A stretch of DNA of 64,000 nt from contig CAVVOB010000016.1 of assembly GCA_963749655.1 (NCBI GenBank), positions 32,001 through 96,000 on the forward strand, written 5' to 3'. A program made the translations under genes and the position numbers. The notes beneath the pieces are model-generated. The model searched no databases and was not told the origin of the DNA. It saw only the letters and a program-made list of their open reading frames with translations. Shown here piece by piece: positions 10,685-22,032 of the stretch (position 1 is its first letter; each line of letters begins with the position of its first letter). Source of the DNA: Nitrospirota bacterium. Lineage in GTDB: Bacteria > Nitrospirota > UBA9217.

Positions 10685-10720
10685 AAAAAGGAGAGCCGAG
10701 TTGGCTCGGCTCTCCTTTTT
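10685..10720. terminator. Bidirectional intrinsic terminator
   Basis: AAAAAGGAGAGCCGAG-ttgg-CTCGGCTCTCCTTTTT between convergent genes. Confidence 0.88.
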
Positions 10721-10943
10721 GACATTCGACACGCTGTCCACAGCGGACATTTTCGTTAACAGGCCATTTACCCCATTCCCCCTCCCGATTTCGCTCTCCC
10801 TTTCAAAGGAGGGGGAATGGGTTTTGTGGGCAGAAAGTCAATTCAATTTTGAAAGGCTCTTAACAAGATGGAACGGTCCTCCTACGTGTTCGCCTCGGCG
10901 GCCTCGGCAAACTGCAGGCGCCCGTCCGAACACCTGAAATCAT

Positions 10944-12983
10944 CTACGTATCCAGGACCTCCCGGACCTTCCTGATCATTTCCAGCATACTGACGGGTTT
11001 GGACAGAAAATTCGCGTCTTCTTCCATCAGGCTTTTCCGGGCTATGACGTCCTTTGTGTAGCCGCTCGTAAAGATCACCTTTATGTCCGGTTTTTCTTTT
11101 CTGATCGCTTCCAGGGTCTCCTTGCCGTTCTTTCTCGGCATGATCAGGTCGCAGATGACAAGCCGCACCGTGTCCGCGTTCCTGTGAAAGATCGCCACTG
11201 CATCTTCCCCGTCCGTCGCCTCCAGCACGGTATATCCGAATTCCTGCAGTTGGTGGCAGGTTACCATGCGGACATTCGCGTCGTCCTCGGCCAGAAGAAT
11301 CGTTTCGGTTCCTGACGGCAGCACTACTTTCTCATCGCTCAGGCTGTCCCGGAGCGCCTGAGTCGTCAACGGCAGATAGATCTTGAAGATGGTCCCTTTT
11401 CCCAGTTCGCTGTATACCCGGATAAAACCCTTGTGATTTTTAATGATGCCGTAGACCACGGCCAGCCCCAGACCGGTCCCCTTGTCCGCGCCCTTGGTTG
11501 TAAAGAAAGGCTCGAATATATGTTCCACGGTCCCCTTGTCCATGCCGATGCCGCTGTCAGACACCGCAATGACCGCGTAGGACCCACGCCGTATCTCGTC
11601 CTGGTCGGCTTGAATCGAGAAGGTATTCGTGGTGACCGTCAAAACGCCTCCGCGGGGCATGGCATCGAGGGCGTTCACGGTGAGGTTCATCAGCACCTGC
11701 TCCATCTGTCCCGCATCCGCTTCGAGGATCAGTGCCTCAGGGGCGCAGGCCACCGTAAATTGAACGTTGTCTCTGATGAGACCGGTCATCATTCTCTGGA
11801 AACCCTGAATAATGTCGTTGATGTTGACCGGTTGCAGACAGGCCGTCTGTTTTTTGCTGAACGTCAGCAGGCTCTTGGTGAGGCCCGCGGCCTTTTTGGT
11901 GGCCGAAAGGATCTGATCGATGTTGTGGCCGACGGCGTTTTCGGGACCCAGTTTTTTCTGCAGGATGCAGGCGTATCCCATGATCGCAGTCATGATGTTG
12001 TTGAAATCATGGGCCACCCCTCCCGCCAGCGTTCCGATGGCTTCCATCTTCTGGGCCAGGCGCAGCTGCTCCTCGAGCTTCTTCTGCTCGGTGATGTCCC
12101 GGAAATACCAGACCCTGCCGTAATAGTGTCCGTCTTCCCCCAGAATGGCCGAGGAATACCGGTCGAACACCCGATGGTCCTTGAGCGTAACGAGCTCCCT
12201 GCTGGTCTGCTCCCTGTGCTCGTACAGGTAGCGCACTTTTTCGAGAAACCGTTCCGGTTCGACGATCTTGTCCAGGATGGACCGGAGCGCCCGCTCGTCC
12301 GATCGGCTATCGACAACGTCGTGCGGTATTCCCCAGAGCTCGACAAAACGCCTGTTGTACGAAACCATCTTCCCCTCGGCGTCGACAACCAGGATCCCGT
12401 CCAGCGAGGTATCCTGCTGCGTGGCGAGGAGCGTGTTCCGGTACACCAGTTCCTTTTCCATCTTCTTCCGTGCATCTATTTCCTGCTGAAGGGCTGCGTT
12501 CGACTGTTCCAGCTGGCCCACCTTCTTTTCAAGCTTCCGGAACAGCGTTTCGTTGTAATCGCGGAGAAAATCCTTGTCCGACGGCCGATCTCCGGAAGCG
12601 AGCCTGCCGCCGACGGCGTCGTTCAGAATTTCATGCACCAGAGCGATCATCTCTTCCGGCTTTTTCGGCTTTACAATGAACCGCTCCGCTCCGAGACTGA
12701 GCGCAAATTCTTCGTCCTTCGGATCGGTATAGGTTGCCGTATAGAATATGAAGGGGATCGGTTTCAGACGCTCATCCGCTTTCCACTGCCGGCAGAGGGA
12801 AAAACCGTCCATGACCGGCATCAGGATGTCCGTGATGACCACATCAGGCGGCGCTTTTCGCGCAAGCTCGAGTGCTTCGGCCCCGTTGCATGCTGTGACG
12901 ACCTCGTATCCGTTTCCCTTGAGGAGCGTTTCGAGCAGGTACCGGTTCTCGGCCAAATCATCTGCGATCAGGACGCGAATCAT
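10944..12983 (-). CDS. Hybrid sensor kinase (REC-PAS-HisKA-HATPase-REC)
   Basis: [11 protein letters not shown]-box [26 protein letters not shown]-terminal REC CDLIMP. Confidence 0.93.
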   Translation of the reverse strand: MIRVLIADDLAENRYLLETLLKGNGYEVVTACNGAEALELARKAPPDVVITDILMPVMDGFSLCRQWKADERLKPIPFIFYTATYTDPKDEEFALSLGAERFIVKPKKPEEMIALVHEILNDAVGGRLASGDRPSDKDFLRDYNETLFRKLEKKVGQLEQSNAALQQEIDARKKMEKELVYRNTLLATQQDTSLDGILVVDAEGKMVSYNRRFVELWGIPHDVVDSRSDERALRSILDKIVEPERFLEKVRYLYEHREQTSRELVTLKDHRVFDRYSSAILGEDGHYYGRVWYFRDITEQKKLEEQLRLAQKMEAIGTLAGGVAHDFNNIMTAIMGYACILQKKLGPENAVGHNIDQILSATKKAAGLTKSLLTFSKKQTACLQPVNINDIIQGFQRMMTGLIRDNVQFTVACAPEALILEADAGQMEQVLMNLTVNALDAMPRGGVLTVTTNTFSIQADQDEIRRGSYAVIAVSDSGIGMDKGTVEHIFEPFFTTKGADKGTGLGLAVVYGIIKNHKGFIRVYSELGKGTIFKIYLPLTTQALRDSLSDEKVVLPSGTETILLAEDDANVRMVTCHQLQEFGYTVLEATDGEDAVAIFHRNADTVRLVICDLIMPRKNGKETLEAIRKEKPDIKVIFTSGYTKDVIARKSLMEEDANFLSKPVSMLEMIRKVREVLDT

Positions 12984-13375
12984 TTCTGTGCACCTCCGGA
13001 AGACCCCGGCTCCGCAAGATACCGTTCGATCTGGGAGAGGAATGTTTCGGGGTTGATCGGCTTTTCGAGATAACCGGTGCAGCCCGCTTCAAGAGCTTTC
13101 TCCCGGTCGCCCGACATGGCGTACGAGGTGACGGCAACAATGGGAATGGTCGCAAGGTCCTTCGACTTGCGCAATGTGCGGGCCACCGTGTAGCCGTCCA
13201 TGCCCGGCAGCTGGATATCCAGAAGGATAAGCGCGGGATGGAGGCTGGACGCCGTTTCGATGCCCTGCCGTCCGTCGCGGGCGCCGGTCACCGCGTAACC
13301 GTTTTTCTCGAGAATATAGGTCACGAGATAGAGGTTCTGCTCGTTGTCCTCTATGTAAAGGACCTTGTTGTTCAT
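12980..13375 (-). CDS. Single-domain response regulator (DivK-like)
   Basis: [44 protein letters not shown]. Confidence 0.92.
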   Translation of the reverse strand: MNNKVLYIEDNEQNLYLVTYILEKNGYAVTGARDGRQGIETASSLHPALILLDIQLPGMDGYTVARTLRKSKDLATIPIVAVTSYAMSGDREKALEAGCTGYLEKPINPETFLSQIERYLAEPGSSGGAQK

Positions 13376-15528
13376 GCCCTCCCCCGTCCTGCCGGCAGTG
13401 TAAAACTGAACGTACTCCCCCTGCCCGGCTCGCTTTCAACACCGATCTTCCCGCCCAGGAGTTCGAGCAGCCGTGTGCAGATGGACAGGCCCGAGACCGG
13501 TGCCTTCATAGCGCCGGGTGAGCCCGCTTTCGACCTGATGAAAGGGCCGGAACAGCTTCGGGAGGTCGTCCCGCGCAATCCCGATCCCGGTGTCGGCAAC
13601 GGCGGTGCGGACGAATCCGTCCCGAACACGGCAGTCGACCGTGACTTTTCCCTGTTCCGTGTACTTGATCGCATTGCTCAGAAGATTCAGCAGGACCTGT
13701 TCGACCCGCCGCTGATCGCTCGTGATGAGACCCACATCGGCGCCGATCTCCGTGGTCAGCGTCAGGCCCTTCTTCTCCGCAAGAGGACGCACCGTCCGTT
13801 CCATCTTCAGGACCGATTCGCGCAGGTCGAACGGCTCCGATCCGACCTTCAGCTGGCCCGCCTCGATCTTGGAAATGTCCAGGACGTCGTTGATCAGGGC
13901 CAGGAGATGGTCCGCGCTCTTCTGCACCATTTCCATCTGTTTTTTCTGCTCGTCGTTCAGGGGACCGGCCAGCCCCTGTCGCAGGATGCCGGTAAAGCCG
14001 ATAATGGAATTGAGCGGCGTCCGCAGCTCGTGGGACATGGTCGCCAGGAACGCCGATTTCAGGCGGTCGGCGGCCTCGGCCCGTTCCTTGGCAACGGCGA
14101 GGTCCTCGAGGGCGCAGCGCAGCTCCTGCTGGGCCCGGGACCGCTGCTCGATCTCGCCCTTCAGCCTGATGTTCGTTTCCTCCAGGGTCGTCGTCCGGTC
14201 CTTGACGAGCTCTTCAAGATGGTCCCGGTACCGAAGCAGTTCGTCCTCGGCCCGCTTGCGGCTGGTGATGTCGATGGCGCTTCCGACGACAAGCGGCGCG
14301 TCTCCGTCGTCGATCCGTCTTCCCGTAAAGAGAAAATACCGTTCTCCTTCACGGGTGTTGATCCGCGCTTCTGCCTCCGCTTCTCCGGTTCTGAAGGCCT
14401 CTTTGATGGAGCGCGCAATGACCGCCTTGTCTTCCTCCCGTATGTTGCGCAGACTGTTCATGCCATTGAGCTCATCCGTCGGGAGAGTTCGTTGAGCTTT
14501 GCCAGATACCGGTTCCAGCGCACGAGCCGGCCTGAGGCATCGATCACATAAAAGGCGCCCGGTACGCTGTCGATGATCTTTTCCGCAAATGCTTTTTCCT
14601 TCCGAAGCGCGGACTCTGCAGCATGCTGCTTCCTGATCACGAGGGAAAGAACGATCACGATCGCGGCTCCCAGGACAATGCCGACGATCCGCACCCACGC
14701 CGGCAATTTGAACTGCACCTCTTCGGACGTCCATCGTTTCAGGGAAGCGTAATATGCGGACCGGTGGTCTTGTTTCAGTTCCGTAAGACGGCGGTCGATG
14801 GCCTCCAGAATAGAGCGCGGGGCGTTCCGGGGAGCCGCAAAAAAGAAAGGGGCGGGATCGAACATGATGGGCGTATCTTCAAGCCCGTACTTCCTTGCAT
14901 ACATCAGGCCGTAAAACCGGTTGGTAAGGCCGGCGTCCGCTTTCCCCGTGGAGACCATCTCGAACTCGGTTTTGTAATCCGGCACGGGAAGGAGAATGAT
15001 CTTCAGCCCGAAGCTGTTCGTGAGCCTCTGAAAGGTTTCGAGCTGGATCGTCTGCTCCAGGGCCGCGACCCTCTTGCCGTTCAGGTCCAGTATGGACTGG
15101 ATGCGGCTGCCTTTGGGAGCATACACCTGGGACCAGACGGACAGGACCGGCACTTTGTGGAAGGAGAAGAGCTTTTCACGGTCCGTCGTATATGCCACGT
15201 CGGGCATGAGATCGATCTCCCCTTTTGCAAGGCGTTCGAGGCCCTCGCTCCACGTTCCGGGGACATAGCGCAGGTCCCAGCCTTCGCTTTTCGCGATGGA
15301 TTCGATGATGTCGATGAAGATTCCTGAGGGCTTGCCTGATTCGGAGGTGAAGACCTTTGGCGCGTTTTCATAGACGCCGACAGTCACGGTGCGGCTGCCG
15401 GCATGTACCGGCAGCGGCAGGAAGAGGAGCAACGGCAGGAGAAACAGCGTGATAAATCGAAAGGCTGCTGAAACACCGGAAAGCCGAAAATTGAGAAGGG
15501 GCGCCCTCAGTATCCTTTTTCCCGACAT
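13372..15528 (-). CDS. Sensor histidine kinase (periplasmic solute-binding domain-TM-PAS-HisKA-HATPase), two frameshifts
   Basis: Three consecutive ORFs: PBPb domain (14458..15528), H-box [13 protein letters not shown] (13436..14734), C-terminal [17 protein letters not shown] (13372..13674). Confidence 0.85.
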
Positions 15529-16031
15529 GCGAAGTTCCTTCCCCGGTCCGCTGTCTGCGCCGGTTCCTGCCGACGCTGATACTTTCCGTCGACTTCTGCC
15601 ATCGTGAAGCCTTCGAGCACGCCATCAGATATTTGCCGGTCGGAATTCCGAATGATTACGCGCCGGTATCAGATATCTAAAACAGTACTACAACTAACAT
15701 AAAATGTCTAGGAAAGAACAGGGAAATAAGCGATCGCTGATATTGTAGGGTTCCCGCGGGGAGGACGTTTCACGGGACCGTTTCCCGGTCTTTTAGCGCA
15801 GAACTTTGGTTTCGGCTTCATTACAGATGCTGCCTTCTCGAAGATGACGTTGTAAGACGACCGTGGGCAATTCAGGGCGATGCGGGAGCAGTTAATGATT
15901 TCGGTTGCCCGTAATGCAAAATTGCACGATCATGGAGATGCGCCCATCCCGTTCTCTGCCAGGCGGTTAGTCGTGTGATGATTACGCCGTTCCGCAGAAA
16001 GGCTCGGAAGGCAGAAAGGCTGAAGACTATT

Positions 16032-16113
16032 ATCGCGCAAAGCCTCGGAGCACGCAAGAAAAGCCAAATTCCATTTTTTCTCAATTTGCGTCTTTGCGCC
16101 TCTCTGCGCGAAA
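16032..16113. repeat. Imperfect inverted repeat with ~9-nt periodic arms
   Basis: tcgcgcaaagcc..cacgcaag pairs with tttgcgtctttgcgcctctctgcgcga downstream of the bc operon. Confidence 0.55.
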
Positions 16114-16141
16114 ATCGATATTCCTCTCAAAATCGAAATAC

Positions 16142-16896
16142 TCAACGCCGGGGGCTCGCGGGCTGCATCTTCTTCAGGGAGCTGTACACCCCCTGCAGAT
16201 CAGCGACGATCGTGTCGAGATCGAACTTGTGCCAATCCAGCCGTGGCGGACTGCAGGGACGACCGGGCCTCGCGCAGGGCGCGGGCCTGTTCGGTTCCTT
16301 CGGCAGGATGATAAAGCTTCGCGTTCGCGTCGAGAAGGGCCGCGCTTTCCGTCAGCAGAAGCAGCACCGCCTTCGCTTTTTCCGGCACATAGGGAAAGAT
16401 GCCCATTCGCTCGTTGTGGCACTGCACGCATACGGCGGCTACGGTATCGGGCGTAAGAATGCCCGTGACCATGGACCCGTGGCAGGTCACGCATTCAGGC
16501 CCCTTTCCTGCCGATTGCAGGATATTGTAATGCCGGCTCTGGGAGAACTTGAAGAACTCGGCGCCGTGGCATTTGCCGCAGGTGGTCGGGATGTTCTTGA
16601 AGTAGACCGTGCTTTGAGGATCGGTCGAGCCGAGGACCCCTGCATGGGCATCCTTCTGCTCCGCTGCAAGGGGATTCCCTCCATGGCATTTTTCGCAGGT
16701 GACCCCGTGTTTCTGGTGTATCGATCCCTTCCAGCTGTGGGACTTCGCTCCCACGAAACTGCTGCCCGGAAGCCGGGAATGACAAGTGACGCAGGAATTT
16801 CCCGTTTTTTTCATCCGCGGCCTCGTCCGCGCGGGGAGCAGCAGAAGGACGCACACGAAAAGAGCGCAAAGAAGAACGCTGATCAACCTTTGCCAT
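16142..16896 (-). CDS. Pentaheme c-type cytochrome (frameshifts near both ends)
   Basis: CVTCH, CEKCH, CGKCH, CVTCH, CVQCH with a hydrophobic N-terminus. The C-terminus WHKFDLDTIV continues in another frame to TGA at 16142. Confidence 0.82.
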
Positions 16897-18139
16897 TATT
16901 GCCTCTCTTTCTGTTGTACCGCCGCAGCAGCGCAAAGCTGGCGCTCCACGCCGCCGCTGTTGCGACGATCGCATAGACCGTCATTGCCTTTGGGCGTGAT
17001 ATGAAGCACGTCGATGTATCCGGCCACGACCATCATGCAAAGGAAAACGATGCCCCCGATGCCCAGCGAGGTCATGAAGGGCCTGTGGAGCGGGTTTTCC
17101 ATATAAGTGCTGCGGTTCCTTTGACCGGTCGAGGAACGGTATCAGTGCGTAGGCAAGGAAGGTACACGCCGGGAAGATGACGCCGCCGATGGTCTCGGGC
17201 GTGATCTTCCCTCCCAGGATGGAAAACGACAGGTCGCCGGGCACGAGCTTCAGGAATCCGTAGACCACGAGAAAATACCAGTCAGGCCTCATCACGGGCG
17301 TTCCCGGCGACGGCGGACCGTACGTCTCTATCGGGTTCAAGGGGATATAGGTCGCCATCAGCACGATCACGAACAGCAGGAACAGGAAATAACGACAGGC
17401 TGATGACGGCCTGTTCAGGCCAGATCGGGATGCCGATGAGCCGCTTGCCGCCCTGCGCCTCCTTTCGGCCTTTGTTGGACGCGGCTCGGTATGTTTCTGT
17501 TTTATCAGGATGAGCATGTGCAGGCTGATGAGGCCGATCAGCGTGACCGGAATCAGCATGACATGCATGAAGAAGAAGCGGGGGACGGTCCCGTCCGAAC
17601 GGAAAGTCGCCGGCAAAGAGAAGACTGGACATCCAGTCCCCGATCCAGGGCATCGACTTTGCCATATAGTAGGCTATCGACGTGGCGGTCACCGAGAACT
17701 GGCTGTAGGGAAGCAGATAGCCGGTAAAGGCCGCGATCATCGCCGTGCCCCACAGGCTGAGCCCCACGAGCCAGTTTATCTCCCGCGGCTTCCGATAGGC
17801 CCCGGTAAAATAGACCCTCAGGAGATGGGCGAGAATGGCGGCTATCATGATCATGGCCGACCAGTGGTGGATGCGCCTGACGATCAGGCCCATCGGGAGC
17901 AGGTCGATCCTGACGACGCTCGCATAGGCCGCCGGGACCATTGCCCCGAAAAGAGAGACCATCTTGGTCGAAGGCTCGTAGAGAAACCCGAGGAAGATGC
18001 CGGTGACGACAAGGGTGATGAAGGAAAACAGCGCCGTTTCTCCGAGCAGGAACAACGGGTGCGTCGGAAAAGTCTTGCTCAGGAATTTGTCCTTGAACTT
18101 TTTGAGTTCCAGTCTTTCATCAAACCATTTAAAGATCAT
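16896..18139 (-). CDS. Cytochrome b subunit of a Rieske/cytochrome b complex (b and subunit IV fused), two frameshifts
   Basis: RRIHHWSA, AHLLRVYFTGAYRKPREINW, FTGYLLP, FFFMHV..SLHML and Qo motif RPDWYF, spread over three ORFs. Confidence 0.88.
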
Positions 18140-18220
18140 GGCAGTGTCCTCCGCGTCCTTGGAGAGTCTTATTGCTTCTCATTTAAATTCTGAGTCAAAT
18201 TCTTAAATCAAAAAAACAAT

Positions 18221-18312
18221 TATCGCGCGGGGGCGCAGGGACGCAGAGGAAAGAAAATCTGCTCTTAAAACCTTCATGCATTTCCCGGCGACTCCGCGTC
18301 TCAGCGCGAGAC
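18221..18312. repeat. Imperfect inverted repeat with ~9-nt periodic arms inside the bc operon
   Basis: tcgcgcgggggcgcagggacgcagagga pairs with cccggcgactccgcgtctcagcgcga. Same family as 16032-16113. Confidence 0.55.
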
Positions 18313-18359
18313 GGCCCTTGATTGAGAACTCATGCCTCACTTCTCTGAGGTCAGTCTCG

Positions 18360-18975
18360 CTACACCTGCGGTCCGATCGGTCCGTTGAAATCGCTCGTAA
18401 AGGCGAGCGTGCCGTCCTCTTTCACCTTCACCCCGATCTGGGAGAGCGGGATCGGGGCAGGACCTCCCATGACCTTCGCTCCCTCGGCGGGATTGAAGAT
18501 GCTGCCGTGGCAGCGGCATTCCGTGACCGAGGCGTCGGGAGATTCCTTGTTCCTGGTCCAGTCAACGGTGCAGCCCAGATGGGTGCAGATGGCGCTGTAG
18601 GCCGCGAACCCCTTGTCCGTGAGCGACATGTCGGTGGGCGGTTTGAAGGTCTTTTCATCCAGCCTGATAAGCTGGACGAGGTTTGCGGGATTGGACGATT
18701 TGCCCGTCGGATAGGCGAGCACGGCGTCGCCGGCCTTCATCGATGAAGCCGTTACGGGCGAACCCGTGTGGTCGCCCTGGGCGATACATGAGCACGTCTC
18801 CCGGCTTGATCGTCGTTGCATAGCCTCCCCCCTTCTTTTCGGGGGCGAGCACTTTTAAGAAGGCAAAAAGAGATCCGAAAGCTCCTGCAAGCGAGGCGAG
18901 CATCACGCCGAGGGTGAACTTCCTCCGGGTGATCCCCTCGCGGTCTCTATCTTTCCCGGAGGTTCCCTCTACCAT
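18360..18975 (-). CDS. Rieske [2Fe-2S] subunit with Tat anchor, one frameshift
   Basis: TRRKF twin-arginine plus TM helix, CTHLGC and CRCHGS boxes, GGPAPIPL. Confidence 0.9.
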
Positions 18976-19232
18976 AGCAGTTCCTCCTCACGGTCCTCCG
19001 ATACCTCCCTGAAGGGGATGAAATATCGCGCAAAGAGCACGATCTCGACGCCCGCGAGCAGGAACTCGCACGCAAGCAGGGTGCCGAGGAGGTAATCGCT
19101 TCCCTTGCCGGTTATCAGGAGATAGGCGAATGCAACGCCCGCAGCGAGAAGCAGGATTGCCAGGACCAGAACCGCTGTTGCGGCGGCCTTTGGATAAGCG
19201 GGCTTTTTTTCTTTTATGATCTCAAAACTCAT
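18969..19232 (-). CDS. Small two-TM membrane protein of the bc operon
   Basis: 87 aa with two hydrophobic helices, tightly coupled to both neighbours. Confidence 0.7.
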   Translation of the reverse strand: MSFEIIKEKKPAYPKAAATAVLVLAILLLAAGVAFAYLLITGKGSDYLLGTLLACEFLLAGVEIVLFARYFIPFREVSEDREEELLW

Positions 19233-19233
19233 A

Positions 19234-19966
19234 TCATTCCCTCTTTTCCAGAACGAAATACACGATATAGCCGATGATGAACAAAACGATCACGGCGCCG
19301 AAGGCGAAGAAGCCGATCTGAAAGGCATCCAGGTCGCTGGGGAACTCGGGAATGAAGGCCGGCTTCTTTCCTGTTGTTTTCTCCTGGGCGATCTTTATCC
19401 GGATGCCCGACAGCGTGTTCACCGTTGATTCAGTAACGTCCATCGGATCGATTTGATCAAAGCCCGTCGTATCCTTGTGGCAGCTTTCACAGACCCTGGG
19501 CACCTCCGGCATCGTATTGCGATGTGCGTGGTGGCAGGTAACGCAGGAGGGTCCCGCCTTTTTGGTCGAGATAGGCCTTGCCCATGATGCTCCTTGCATA
19601 CCGGTCCACCGATGCGCTGTGGCACCGGCTGCACATGGAAAACAGTCCCTTGCCGGAAGGCTTGCCCACGAAGCCGTGGGACGTTGACATGGCCCGCGAC
19701 ATCCTGTCCCCGAACTCCTGGCCGCCGAGGCTTTTCACGTCGCCGACATCGACGCTTGCATCTCCCCCGTGGCAGCGGTCGCAGGTGATCCCGTTCTGCT
19801 GGTGGATCGAGCCCTTCCATTCCATGACTGGCTGCGCCAGTTGCCCCCCGAGAAAGGTGTGGCACGCGACGCAGGCCGAAGGCCCCTGCTCCGCACGACC
19901 CTTTGTCCCGGAAAGAACGAACACCGATGCGCAGACCAGGATCAATACAGGACTTTTTATTTTCAT
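19234..19966 (-). CDS. Pentaheme c-type cytochrome with C-terminal membrane anchor, one frameshift
   Basis: Signal peptide, then CVACH, CDRCH, CSRCH, CVTCH, CESCH and a C-terminal TM (IGFFAFGAVIVLFIIGYIVYF). Confidence 0.85.
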
Positions 19967-20206
19967 GCTTTTGCCTCGTGTGTTCTATCGTTTCGGGACC
20001 CGGCTCGACCAGGGTTTCCGGACATTCATCAGTGTAAACGAAATAATTAACGTAATTCTGCGGAAAGAGGGTTAAAAGGCATACCTAGGAATTAAGTATA
20101 CCTCATCAATATTCAGAAATCACGTACCGTCGGTATTTTCTTGATAAAAAGGGGGTAACAGTGAGGGGTTTCATTCACCCGGCAAGCCGTAAAAAATTCC
20201 TGGAAT

Positions 20207-20412
20207 GTCATTGTGAGAAGAGCTTTGCTCGACGCGGAAATCTCGAATTTCTCGACTTCATCATGGCTGAGAGTGGAGCCCCCTCCGGCATCCCGACCTG
20301 TCGGGACTAAAATTGACGCGACCTCCCGGAACTGCGAACTCGCGCATGCGTGACACGTTCGTGTCACGCGCGAGTGAGCGCTTTCCACCCCGGTAGGAGC
20401 CGGGGGATGCCA
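20207..20412. repeat. Composite REP-like palindromic element
   Basis: Nested hairpins GGCATCCC..GGGATGCC, TCCCGAC..GTCGGGA and CTCGCGC..GCGTGACAC-gttc-GTGTCACGC-GCGAG, plus a GTCATTG..AATCTC unit. Confidence 0.55.
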
Positions 20413-20538
20413 AGGCGCGGGATTGCGGAGTTTATCCCGAGCAAATAGTTAGATTGCTTCGTTACACTCGCAAGGACTGCGAGGGACCCGCCCGCAAAGA
20501 CGGCTACAAGTTTTCAGCGACTTGCCGGATTATACCGG

Positions 20539-21060
20539 TCAATCGAAACGAAAAGCAGCGAGATAATCCTGCAATTTCATGCGGCCGTCGTCATCCAGCG
20601 GGTCGCAGTCCCCGGCGTCCTTCGCGCCTGAGGCTGCCAGCACTGCAAAGGCCATGCAGGTCGGCTGCCCGCAGGCCTTGCAGTTGGTTCGCGGCAGGAA
20701 TTTAAAGATAGTGAGCGGATGGGCTTTTGCCGCCCCTTCGAACTTGGGAACAATTGATTCCCGGCTGTCCCAGGCCTCATTGATCTTGCTCTTGAGCCAT
20801 TCGAGAACAGCGCGCGCCTCCGCTTCGTCCCGAAGAGCGTTGACGGCGATCTTTCGGCTGTGGACCGTCACGAGCTTTCCGTTCATTTTGAACGTTACGG
20901 ACGGGGGATTCCTGATATACGTGTCTCCGCCCAGCAGGGCATTGAGATAGGGCAGCGCATCCCCCACGTCATTATCGAGATGGGCAATGCAGTGCACCGA
21001 CTGGAAGCTGGAATTGCACGTCGGTTTGAAGATCTCCGGCTGGTAGCCGTTCAGCAGCAT
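20539..21060 (-). CDS. Fe-S cluster domain protein (C-terminal CxxCGxxxC)
   Basis: FLPRTNCKACGQPTCMAFA...DCDPL. Confidence 0.8.
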   Translation of the reverse strand: MLLNGYQPEIFKPTCNSSFQSVHCIAHLDNDVGDALPYLNALLGGDTYIRNPPSVTFKMNGKLVTVHSRKIAVNALRDEAEARAVLEWLKSKINEAWDSRESIVPKFEGAAKAHPLTIFKFLPRTNCKACGQPTCMAFAVLAASGAKDAGDCDPLDDDGRMKLQDYLAAFRFD

Positions 21061-21071
21061 CGGTCCCCTCC

Positions 21072-21332
21072 TCAGGCCCCACATCCGCAGCTCTGGCCTG
21101 CGCTGCAGCCGGCCGGCGCTGCCTCTGTTCCCAGCCCTGCTGCGAAGTCATCCATCTTTGCAGCGGCCCCTTTTCTTACGGCTTTGGCAACGGCAATGGC
21201 CATGGTGATGTCCTCGTCATCGGCCCCGCTCTCCCGGGCCATTGACACATGATACTGAAGGCAGGGCTGACAGTTGGCGGTTATTGATGCCCCCACGGAG
21301 ATCAATGCTTTTGTTCGTGCGTCAAGACTCAT
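21072..21332 (-). CDS. AhpD/carboxymuconolactone decarboxylase family protein with Cys-rich tail
   Basis: LISVGASITANCQPCLQYH, tail AGCSAGQSCGCGA. Confidence 0.82.
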   Translation of the reverse strand: MSLDARTKALISVGASITANCQPCLQYHVSMARESGADDEDITMAIAVAKAVRKGAAAKMDDFAAGLGTEAAPAGCSAGQSCGCGA

Positions 21333-21458
21333 GATTATTTCCTCCTACTATTTTAGCAGTTGATTCCAATTTGCACGGTCCAATTGAACTTTTTTACACT
21401 TACTCAAGTTCGTCGAAAATTCTACATTCATCGCACCGTCTTTCCCCGTGAGAAGGCA

Positions 21459-22010
21459 TCAGCTGCAGCCGCAGCCCGCTGTCTTGTCCGATGCAGTACC
21501 AGCGCCGCACCCGGCGCCGACCGGCGCCGTGTGAGCACCAGACTTCGCCAGTTCTGCAAGCACGGCGTCCGCCACCAGCCGCGCCGCCGCCTTGCGGTCC
21601 GCTTCCGGCACCTCATCGATATCGAAGTTCTCGCTGTATTTACGGTAATAAGAAAGCGCGTCGAACTGCGCAAGTTTCTCCTTACCCACCAGGTTCTCGA
21701 GCACTCTGCCGTGACAGTGCAGGAAACAGCCGTCGATCAGCACGATCTTTTCCGCTGTCGTCATCCACTTCGCCAGCGCCGACCCCGGGACGGTCAACAG
21801 CTCTCCATGGCAGCCGCGGCGATACGGTTCCTCCTTTGCCACCATATGCGCGGCAAGCCGCGCGATCTCCCCTCGGATGCACGCGCCTTCGCAGGACAGG
21901 ACCGGAATCTTCCCTTCCTTTATGTAACGGTCTCCCGCCTTTTCTCCCGCCGGACAGTGGTTACTGGTTTTCGAAATTTCGAGGGTGAAGCGGTTATTTG
22001 TATTACTCAT
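21459..22010 (-). CDS. DGC-domain putative zinc-binding protein with Cys-rich tail
   Basis: VLSCEGAC, IVLIDGCFLHC, tail AGCGCS. Confidence 0.78.
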   Translation of the reverse strand: MSNTNNRFTLEISKTSNHCPAGEKAGDRYIKEGKIPVLSCEGACIRGEIARLAAHMVAKEEPYRRGCHGELLTVPGSALAKWMTTAEKIVLIDGCFLHCHGRVLENLVGKEKLAQFDALSYYRKYSENFDIDEVPEADRKAAARLVADAVLAELAKSGAHTAPVGAGCGAGTASDKTAGCGCS

Positions 22011-22032
22011 TGTCTTCCTCCCGACTTTCTTT

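Noticed and set aside
11433-14551. Long plus-strand ORFs (546 and 437 aa)
   Set aside because: They are antisense shadows of well-supported kinase genes in GC-rich DNA. The same applies to most overlapping ORFs in the track.
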